Positions 1 through 7,320 of a stretch of DNA of 50,609 bases are shown in pieces; position 1 is the first letter of the stretch; each line of letters opens with the position of its first letter. Both the position numbers and the translations under genes were made by a program. The stretch comes from an uncultured Fibrobacterota bacterium. GTDB lineage: Bacteria; Fibrobacterota; Chitinivibrionia; Chitinivibrionales; FEN-1185. The notes under the pieces were generated by a model. The model searched no databases. It saw only the letters and a list, made by a program, of their open reading frames with translations, and was not told where the DNA came from. The stretch covers positions 1 through 50,609 of the forward strand of contig CAVWBU010000020.1 of NCBI GenBank assembly GCA_963753345.1, read 5' to 3'.

Positions 1-81
1 TAGTGTCAATTAGAGGCAACAATACCACTCAGTATTCGCCGTTTGTTGTGACGAAATAACCAGCATGCAAGGAGGGTCTCT

Positions 82-1314
82 ATGAAAAACACTATTGGAA
101 ATCTTATCGTAGGTGTGGGAATTCTGGTTTTATTTTCGCATACGGTAAGCGCTCAATGGCTGCAAATTGACCATAATCGTTTTGTCGGTGCCGCTGAAAT
201 GTGCCTTGCCGCGAGCAACGGCAACATCTTTGCCGGGATTCTTGGCGGTGGCGTTTTTCGATGCGCCGAAAACGACACCAACTGGACTGCCGTCAATTCC
301 GGCGGCTCGGGGATGGTTTGGTCTCTTGCCGTAAACGGCAGCAACATCTTTGCCGGGGCTGGTGGCGGCGTCTTTCTTTCCACCAACAACGGTACAAGCT
401 GGACTGCGGTCAATTCCGGCTTACCTGCGAATATTTCGGTCTATTCTCTTGCCGTGAGCGGCAGCAACATCTTTGCCGGGACTGATAATCGCAAAGTTTT
501 TCTCTCCACCAATAACGGGACAAGTTGGACCGAGGCCGACTCCGGACTCACGGGTGCGGCCGTTTATTCTTTTGCAGTAAGCGACGGAAATGTTTTTGCC
601 GGAACCAATGGCAGTGGTGTTTTCCATTCCTCCAATAACGGGGCAACCTGGACCCCGGTCAATTCGGGCTTGCCTGCTTTAAACTGCTGGCATCTTGCCG
701 CGAGCGGCAACAACATCTTTGCCGGGAGTTGTGAGGGTGGCGTTTACCGCTTCTCCAATAACGGGGCAACCTGGGCTGAGGTCAATTCCGGCTTGCCTGA
801 GAGTACTTGGGTCTTTTCTTTTGCCGTGAGCGGCAGCCACATCTTTGTCGGGACTGGTGCCGGCAGTGTTTTTCTGTCCACCGATAGCGGTACAAGCTGG
901 GCAGGACTTTATGATGGTTTACCAGGATGGGGTGTCGACGGTCTTGCAGTAGGTGAAAGCAATATTTTTGCCTCAGTAACTGCACATGCCATGCATCAAA
1001 TATGGCGGCGACCACTTTCAGAAATAGTTGGGACAATTAGTGGTAAACAACAGCAAGGGATGGTAAAGCCCTATGCTGGCGGATTCAAAATCAATATCAG
1101 AAAAAGCGATATTGCCATATCCTTGCCCTCGTCTGATGGCCCAGTCACCATTGGACTGTTTACTATTGCCGGAAAAAGAATCTATTCAGCCACCCATCAG
1201 GCATATAACGGAACCCTGAATATCCCAGTATCGGGATTGTCAATGGGCACCTATCTAATGTCAATTACCGGCAGGAGATCAACGATGTCCTCGTCGTTTG
1301 TCGTGACGAGATGA
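82..1314 (+). CDS. Secreted BNR/Asp-box repeat (beta-propeller) protein with T9SS-like C-terminal domain
   Basis: N-terminal signal peptide; repeats of about 41-43 aa of the form GVFLSTNNGTSWTAVNSGL...SLAVSGSNIFAG; C-terminus IGLFTIAGKRI...LSMGTYLMSI resembles a Por/T9SS sorting domain; RBS ggagg upstream. Confidence 0.85.
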   Translation: MKNTIGNLIVGVGILVLFSHTVSAQWLQIDHNRFVGAAEMCLAASNGNIFAGILGGGVFRCAENDTNWTAVNSGGSGMVWSLAVNGSNIFAGAGGGVFLSTNNGTSWTAVNSGLPANISVYSLAVSGSNIFAGTDNRKVFLSTNNGTSWTEADSGLTGAAVYSFAVSDGNVFAGTNGSGVFHSSNNGATWTPVNSGLPALNCWHLAASGNNIFAGSCEGGVYRFSNNGATWAEVNSGLPESTWVFSFAVSGSHIFVGTGAGSVFLSTDSGTSWAGLYDGLPGWGVDGLAVGESNIFASVTAHAMHQIWRRPLSEIVGTISGKQQQGMVKPYAGGFKINIRKSDIAISLPSSDGPVTIGLFTIAGKRIYSATHQAYNGTLNIPVSGLSMGTYLMSITGRRSTMSSSFVVTR

Positions 1315-1377
1315 GCGGGATGCCATGACAGGAAAACTCGCCGACCAACGATCGGCGGATTTTGCACGCATCCAAAA

Positions 1378-1411
1378 AAAATAGCCCGGCTTATCCGCTC
1401 CGGGCTATTTT
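1378..1411. terminator. Bidirectional intrinsic terminator
   Basis: aaaatagcccgg-loop-ccgggctatttt hairpin with A/T tracts on both sides, between convergent genes. Confidence 0.8.
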
Positions 1412-1431
1412 CTGTCAATGCAAACAGCAGG

Positions 1432-2577
1432 CTATTTTGCGGTCACAAATCTCTCCGACAAGTACCTGCCGCCATCAGAAAGTCTTGCCACATACACGCC
1501 GTTCGGAAGCGTTGAGGGCAGCATGTTCATCACCTTGTCGCCTGTCTTCATCCGCCGCAACACGCTGGAATAATCGGCGACCACCTTTCCGCTCACGTCG
1601 TACACCTTGAGCTGGGCCGTTGCTGGATTTACAAGAGCACAGGACTGCAGCGGCATATGATTGACGCCATTGACGATTACACCGGTGGGGACGAAGCCCC
1701 TCTGGTACACCCTGACATAATCGAGGTCCATATGTAAAGGGAAGCATGAGGCGTCGATATTCTGCCCCTGGTAATTGCCGCCTATCGCGGAGTTAATGAT
1801 CCAGAAGAACGGCGAAGAAAATGCCGCTTGATTCGACGACTGGAGAATGCTTGGAGCGCCGCAACCGGTTGGGTAATTCGGGCCCCAGAATTGTACGTCA
1901 TCGAAGAAATATTTTACATAAGTTGTATCCCAAAGAATACCATATTTGTGAAAACCGTCGCACAGGCACTTTCCGTAATCATGCGCGCAGCTGTTATAGA
2001 CTGGGCCCCCGCCTCCGTTTCCGAAGTGACAGGTCCCGATAAAAAGATTGTCTCCTGGTGCGGCAGGATAACAACTACCACCTTCATCCTGAGTTCCGGT
2101 TCTCTGTTCGTAGAGTTCCATCTCTCCGCACGTGGGCCATGCAACGCCATGATTGATGCTGTTGCCCAGAAGCCATACAGCGGACCACAGAGCCGGCCCA
2201 TTCTTGCCTCCTGTTCCTATCGGACCTTGGATGGCAGCTTCGAAATAGCCGTAGGTGAAAATCTGCTTGTCATGGGTATCAATGCGGCCGGACGCATATT
2301 GTACCCCGTAGGTATTAAGCTTGGACCAAATCTTCAAGGTGCCGTTACTCACTTCAACGCAAGCACGTTTGTAATGTTCCTGTTCTGCATTAGGCTCCGG
2401 GTATGTCGTGTCGTAGCTCCAGTTGTTCACGGTATCCAGGGAGGTGCCGTTGAACTCGTCGGACCATGCAAGGCCCATTTGTCCAACGCGTTGGAAACTG
2501 TCAATTACGGCTGGAAAAGCATGCGCCGCCCCTGTGCCGAAAACCAGCATCGAGAGAAAAACGATGTACTTCTTCAT
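1432..2577 (-). CDS. Secreted GH16 glycoside hydrolase (laminarinase/beta-glucanase-like) with T9SS-like C-terminal domain
   Basis: Start moved to MKKYIVF (signal peptide); motifs WSDEFNG, YASGRI, FTYGYFEA, WPTCGEMELYE, FHKYGILW, MDLDYVRVYQ; CTD LKVYDVSGKVV...LPNGVYVARL. Confidence 0.88.
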   Translation of the reverse strand: MKKYIVFLSMLVFGTGAAHAFPAVIDSFQRVGQMGLAWSDEFNGTSLDTVNNWSYDTTYPEPNAEQEHYKRACVEVSNGTLKIWSKLNTYGVQYASGRIDTHDKQIFTYGYFEAAIQGPIGTGGKNGPALWSAVWLLGNSINHGVAWPTCGEMELYEQRTGTQDEGGSCYPAAPGDNLFIGTCHFGNGGGGPVYNSCAHDYGKCLCDGFHKYGILWDTTYVKYFFDDVQFWGPNYPTGCGAPSILQSSNQAAFSSPFFWIINSAIGGNYQGQNIDASCFPLHMDLDYVRVYQRGFVPTGVIVNGVNHMPLQSCALVNPATAQLKVYDVSGKVVADYSSVLRRMKTGDKVMNMLPSTLPNGVYVARLSDGGRYLSERFVTAK

Positions 2578-2721
2578 GCGCGTCCCCTTTCGTGGTATGG
2601 AATTGAAAATAATGAAAGGCAGCAACGTAAAAAACAAAAATTTTTCACCCGCAGCCCTGCTGACTCCTCGGAAATCCACCCCGCCCGTTTCCCTGGCGAA
2701 TTCGCCGCCGTATTTCACGGT

Positions 2722-3885
2722 CTAAGCAAACTCCTCTTTGTCCTCGTAGGCCTCGTTCTTTGCTCCCGTAAACCGCAGCAGGAACCCCGCGCCAAGGCCT
2801 CCCGCAAGGGCGAGCGCGACCGTGAATACAATGCCCGCAAGCTGCGCCTTCGCGATGCCGGGGATCACGACGATCGCGGCAAGCCCGCCGAGAAGCCCGG
2901 GCATGCCGTGCAGGTTATGGACGCCGCATGTGTCAACGATCTTGAACACTTTCGTGATTTTCGCCTGCACGACCGCGTACCCGAACACGCACAGCACACC
3001 GGCGAGCGCGCCGATCACCAGCGCGGTGGGCGCGTTCACCACATTGCATGACGCGCCGATGGCAACGCCGCCGGCGAGCGCCGCGTTCGCCATGTCGCCG
3101 ATCACCACTTTGCCTTTGCCGAAATAGGCGCTTGCCAGAAACGTGGACACGGTCGCTCCGCACAGGGCAAGAATAGTATTGACCGCGGTAGCGGCGACCT
3201 GTGCGGGCGGGACGACGGCGCTGCAGAAACTCGGCCAGAAAAGCCACAGCACGAGCGACCCGATCATGGAAAACCGGTTCGACGCGGCATCGCTCGGGAT
3301 CTTCTCTTCGAGATGATTCTCTTGTGTCAATGCGACGGCAAGCCCGAGACCGAAGTACGCGCCGAAGGCATGGATGATGATCGAGCCTGCCGAATCCACG
3401 AACCCTTTGGTGATGCCAAGCCCGCCATCGAGGACCAACCACTCGTTGAGCATGTACAAAGGGACCATGATAAGCGCGAGAAGACCGTACTGGTGAAGCC
3501 TGACGCGCCCCAGCACCGCTCCCGTGGAAATGAGCGCGGAGGCGACTGCAAATTCCGCGAGCAGGAGCCCTTTGATGGTATGGATGGGCACTGCATCCGC
3601 GGTGAGCACGCCGAGCGACCGCAGAATGAAATACACGGGCAGTCCCACGGCAACCACAAGGTAGGTACCGGTGAGCGCGCTGTATCCGTACCGCTGCACA
3701 AAGACCATGAGAAACCCGAATCCCACGAGCAGCATAGCTAGGATGTGAATGGCGAAGTTATACTGCTGCACGTCGCGGAGCGCGCCGGCAAACCCGCCCG
3801 CAGACAGGGTTTCCGCCGCGACAAGAGCCGGGGCGAGAAGAAGTCCGAAGCAGAGGAGCTTAAAGACGTTCGAAGTCTTTTCCAT
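2722..3885 (-). CDS. Rh (Rhesus/Rh50)-type ammonium transporter
   Basis: Rh-specific motifs MLLVGFGFLM, IHAFGAYFGL, FSMIGSLVLWLFWPSF, NAALAGGVAIG, DTCGVHNLHGMPGLLGG; start at MEKTS with RBS aaaggtg. Confidence 0.9.
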   Translation of the reverse strand: MEKTSNVFKLLCFGLLLAPALVAAETLSAGGFAGALRDVQQYNFAIHILAMLLVGFGFLMVFVQRYGYSALTGTYLVVAVGLPVYFILRSLGVLTADAVPIHTIKGLLLAEFAVASALISTGAVLGRVRLHQYGLLALIMVPLYMLNEWLVLDGGLGITKGFVDSAGSIIIHAFGAYFGLGLAVALTQENHLEEKIPSDAASNRFSMIGSLVLWLFWPSFCSAVVPPAQVAATAVNTILALCGATVSTFLASAYFGKGKVVIGDMANAALAGGVAIGASCNVVNAPTALVIGALAGVLCVFGYAVVQAKITKVFKIVDTCGVHNLHGMPGLLGGLAAIVVIPGIAKAQLAGIVFTVALALAGGLGAGFLLRFTGAKNEAYEDKEEFA

Positions 3886-4044
3886 GACGTCACCTTTCTC
3901 TCGATCCGCTGCTGGAGGCTGTTCGGCAGTGGCAGTTGTGTAAAATACCATTCATGTGAAGGCGGGCAAAAGATTTATTTGCCAAAAAAAATGCCCCTAT
4001 GCGGACAGCGCTGTTTCCGCTTGCCGCAGCCCCCGCCCTGCCGG

Positions 4045-4470
4045 TCAATCGTCATCGGGGATTGCTCCCCGCCGGAACCGCTTCTTCTCCGCGTGCAGCC
4101 GTTTGCTTGCAACCCGTCTGGAGCGGGAGGCATAGGTCGGTTTCGTGGCCTTGCGGTTTTTCGGTTCGGCAAGCGCCCTGCGAATGAGCAGCACCAGGCG
4201 CTCGATCGCATCGCTGCGGTTGCGCTCCTGGGTCCGGAACCTGCTCGCCGCAATGACAATCTCGCCGTCCAGCGTGGCGCGCGATCCTGCGCGGTCAAGC
4301 AGGCGGCGCTTTACATGATCGGAAAGCGATGGCGACGCCGCGACATTGAACCTGAGCCGGGCCGCCGTGGAGACCTTGTTCACGTTCTGCCCGCCCGGCC
4401 CGCCGGAACGCACAAACGAGAACGACAGTTCTTTTTCGTCAATGCTGCACTGGGGGGTGACGGCGATCAT
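4045..4470 (-). CDS. arfB: Alternative ribosome rescue peptidyl-tRNA hydrolase ArfB (YaeJ)
   Basis: FVRSGGPGGQNVNKVST GGQ motif, RTQERNR, and basic tail RKATKPTYASRSRR. Confidence 0.93.
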   Translation of the reverse strand: MIAVTPQCSIDEKELSFSFVRSGGPGGQNVNKVSTAARLRFNVAASPSLSDHVKRRLLDRAGSRATLDGEIVIAASRFRTQERNRSDAIERLVLLIRRALAEPKNRKATKPTYASRSRRVASKRLHAEKKRFRRGAIPDDD

Positions 4471-4471
4471 G

Positions 4472-5755
4472 CTAGGCCCCGGACGCCCGCCGGTTGAAAC
4501 GCTCGATGCGCTGCGCCAGGAGCCTCGATAGAAAGAGCGCGTAGTGCGGCTTGCGCTTGACCGCCTTTACAAAAGCCTCTTTCGAAATGGGAATAAGCGT
4601 GCCCGCCGTCCGTGCCTTTACGGTCGCGTTCCGTTTGTTGTTGAGGAGAAAGGCCATCTCCCCCATGAACACGTCGTCCGGGGAAAGGGTCGACACCACC
4701 TGGTCGTTGACGACGACGTCGTACTGGCCCTTGACAATGTAGTACATAAAGTTCCCGGACTCGCCGTTTTGGAAAACCACCTGGCCCGGGCTCACGGTCT
4801 GCGGGCCGATGGACCTGAACAGGGCGGGCGTTTTCACGCTCACATCCTCCGGGTAGGCGATCTCGAAGCTCACCTCGTTGCCGGCCTCGTTGTACCGCAG
4901 GTTTCGCATCAGGTGTTTTGCCATCACAATGCCGCGGCCGTGGAGTTCCAGTTCCGCGGCCTGCCGCTCTCCGCTCACAAACCCCCGCCAGTCAAAACCC
5001 GCGCCCTCGTCGGCCACAAAAAAGCGCGCGCATTCCGGAAGAATGGCATACTCGAACGTGATTCGTTTCGCCGCAACCGCCGGATTCCTGTTCTTGAGAT
5101 CGATAAGCTTTTGAATGGGCTCGCCGTCTTCGAGCCACGCGGATTTTTCCTCGTAGGTGATGCCGCAATTGCCGTGCTCGATCGCATTCATGAGCATCTC
5201 GAAAATCGCCGTGGTGAGGACCGGCTTTTCATCCTGGCCGATCCGGTTGGCGTTGCACAGAAAATTGCTGATGAGATTGGCAAAGCAGCTCGCCTCGAGC
5301 GGGTCGTTTTCCAGTTTGAACGATCCGGAAATGTTCTTTACGAGGTCCATGCCCAGCTCACGCTGGAACAGAATCCTGCTGTTGTTGCGCACGATATCGA
5401 TGACCTTGGGAAACCGGTTCTCCAGGTCCTCCGCCATTATCACCACGATGATGTTCGCGCCCGTTATTTCTTCCAGCCGGACATAGTGGTCGTAACTGCC
5501 GCACAGCGCGATGATGCCGCCGTGGAAAATCCACGGATCGGCCATGATGTTCCTCATGAGCGAAAACGCGTCGAAATTCGCGTCCGAAAAGTCGATGCAG
5601 ACAAGCTCCGGCATTTCCAGGTTGAGGATGTCGAGGGCCCGGCCGGGGTCCATGAGCGTTGCGGTGGTGAATTCGTCGGAATTCTTGTCCGCGGTAAGGA
5701 GCCTCACCCGCTCAAACAGGTCCGCGTTCGTGGAAATGAAGGGAAGCGTGTTCAC
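4472..5755 (-). CDS. Signal-transduction protein: receiver-like N-terminus, RsbW-type HATPase, C-terminal cNMP-binding domain
   Basis: EMLMNAIEHGN (N box), VADEGAGFDW (G1), HGRGI (G2); C-terminal FQNGESGNFMYYIVKG...FMGEMAFL...RNATVKA; GTG start at 5755 with RBS aaggag. Confidence 0.8.
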   Translation of the reverse strand: MNTLPFISTNADLFERVRLLTADKNSDEFTTATLMDPGRALDILNLEMPELVCIDFSDANFDAFSLMRNIMADPWIFHGGIIALCGSYDHYVRLEEITGANIIVVIMAEDLENRFPKVIDIVRNNSRILFQRELGMDLVKNISGSFKLENDPLEASCFANLISNFLCNANRIGQDEKPVLTTAIFEMLMNAIEHGNCGITYEEKSAWLEDGEPIQKLIDLKNRNPAVAAKRITFEYAILPECARFFVADEGAGFDWRGFVSGERQAAELELHGRGIVMAKHLMRNLRYNEAGNEVSFEIAYPEDVSVKTPALFRSIGPQTVSPGQVVFQNGESGNFMYYIVKGQYDVVVNDQVVSTLSPDDVFMGEMAFLLNNKRNATVKARTAGTLIPISKEAFVKAVKRKPHYALFLSRLLAQRIERFNRRASGA

Positions 5756-5839
5756 CGACGAAACTCCTTTACCGGCGAGCCTGGACGACCGCGCCGCACC
5801 AACCCGTTCCGGCCACGGGAACAACGCGCGCCGCTTTCG

Positions 5840-6367
5840 TTATTGAATGTCCCTGTAGTCCGCGCAATACTGCTTGCGCCCGCAGGCGGCGCAATGCTGC
5901 CCCATCCACACGGCGTCGAACTTGGCCATGATCCCGCGCACCAGCGCCGCGGCGGTGGTTGCGATTCCCATTTCGAAATTGCGGCGCCCCCCGCTTTTTG
6001 CGCCCATGCCGGCGCCCGTGAGGTTGGCGCTCCCCATGTAGGCGAACCGGCCGTCCGTGACGACGCATTTGAAATGCACCCGGGGGCACAGGATGCGTTC
6101 CAGTCCGTCAATAAGGGCCGGATAACGGTCGAAGTCACGGCGGAACGCTTCGCCCGGCTCCTTCGCGTGAATGAGGCGCACCGCCACTCCCCGCTGTGCA
6201 CAATCGGAAAGGATTTCCAGAAAAGGGACCATGCGCTTCTTTTTCGAGACATAGAGGTCTTTCAGGTCGCTCGTGCCCAGCCAGACGAAGCGCTGCGCCT
6301 TCGGTATCTCTTCGAGCACTACCGTTTCGTAAATGTCGCGGTCGATGATGAGGCGCAGGGTATCCAC
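5840..6367 (-). CDS. Single-domain phospholipase D/nuclease family protein
   Basis: One HxKxxxxD motif (HFKCVVTD) followed by GSANLT and RRNFEMG; C-terminal CAACGRKQYC. Confidence 0.85.
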   Translation of the reverse strand: MDTLRLIIDRDIYETVVLEEIPKAQRFVWLGTSDLKDLYVSKKKRMVPFLEILSDCAQRGVAVRLIHAKEPGEAFRRDFDRYPALIDGLERILCPRVHFKCVVTDGRFAYMGSANLTGAGMGAKSGGRRNFEMGIATTAAALVRGIMAKFDAVWMGQHCAACGRKQYCADYRDIQ

Positions 6368-6446
6368 TCAGGCCTTGAGCTGCGCGACGATGAGGTTAAA
6401 CGGTGCCGCCTTCAGGGTATGATAATGCCGGAAGAAAAGAAGACGT

Positions 6447-6548
6447 TCACCGCAGAGACGCAGAGAACGCAAAGGGAGAAAAAAGGTGTTCGGACGCCGA
6501 AACCCAAGAAAACTTGTTTCGTTTGCTACCGGTGCGCCTTTGCGGTGA
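6447..6548. repeat. REP-like imperfect inverted repeat
   Basis: tcaccgcagagacgca (6447-6462) pairs with tgcgcctttgcggtga (6533-6548); intergenic. Confidence 0.5.
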
Positions 6549-6557
6549 CGATACAAG

Positions 6558-6689
6558 TCAGATGCTCATGGTGGGAATGCCGCCGCCGTATTTCGCGGCC
6601 CGCTTCGCCTGCTTCTCAAGCCTTTTTTCCTTGAGCGTTTTTGTCGGTTGTTTCTTCGACTCTTTCTTGATGTCCTGGTTGTGAGACAT
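6558..6689 (-). CDS. Small lysine-rich basic protein (43 aa)
   Basis: MSHNQDIKKESKKQPTKTLKEKRLEKQAKR...; RBS aaggag 8 nt upstream of the ATG. Confidence 0.7.
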   Translation of the reverse strand: MSHNQDIKKESKKQPTKTLKEKRLEKQAKRAAKYGGGIPTMSI

Positions 6690-6789
6690 ACACATCACTC
6701 CTTTTGTTTGTGGGTTAAGGACGCATGCATGCGCGCCAAACACTATAAATATAACAGCCGGAAAAGCCTTTGTAAACCCCGGGAAAGAA

Positions 6790-7020
6790 TCAGCAGCAGT
6801 GTTTCCTGAACATCTCCTCGGACATTTTTGCTCCCTCTTCGGTGAGCACCACCGACTTCGACTTGCTCTTGGGGTTCCCGATGTACCCTTTGTTGTACAA
6901 GCGTTCCATGGTGGCCCAGTCAATGCCTTTCCACGCCCTCGCACCTATTTCCGAACCGAACGACGTCAGGTGCAGGAGGGCCAGGGCCAGTTCATCGACC
7001 TTGTCCTTGTTATATTCCAC
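6790..7020 (-). CDS. DUF6429-like small protein
   Basis: GTG start; DKVDELALALLHL, RAWKGIDW, LYNKGYIGNPKSKSKSVVLTEEG resembles this family as I recall it. Confidence 0.75.
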   Translation of the reverse strand: MEYNKDKVDELALALLHLTSFGSEIGARAWKGIDWATMERLYNKGYIGNPKSKSKSVVLTEEGAKMSEEMFRKHCC

Positions 7021-7320
7021 GGGCAAATCCTTGGTTAAAGGTGGCGTGGAGAAATGGCATCGCACTCCCGATGCGCCGGTTCTCATCACTCGGACCGGAA
7101 AAACACCCAGCCCCGGGGCTGCGCCCCGCTCCAATAAGATACATTTTTGCTCATGCAGATGCATGAAGGACGCTCGATCGGCTTCGGCGTTGTTGCTTGA
7201 GTCTCGGTGCCCGATCATATTATATTGTCAATACCGCGGCCGGTGTGGAAGCTGAACATCGCCCGATCCATCCATTGACTTCCTGCCGTGTGCTGTGTTA
7301 TTCAAGGAAGAACGGGAGCT

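Noticed and set aside
200-910. Regularly spaced DNA repeats (ggcagcaacatctttgccggg) resembling a CRISPR array
   Set aside because: They are in-frame coding repeats of the BNR/Asp-box protein; no cas genes
4544-6634. 696-aa plus-strand ORF (and similar long antisense ORFs such as 1828..3051, 14249..15730, 36714..37853, 46652..47683)
   Set aside because: These are antisense shadows of motif-supported genes in GC-rich DNA and have no recognisable motifs
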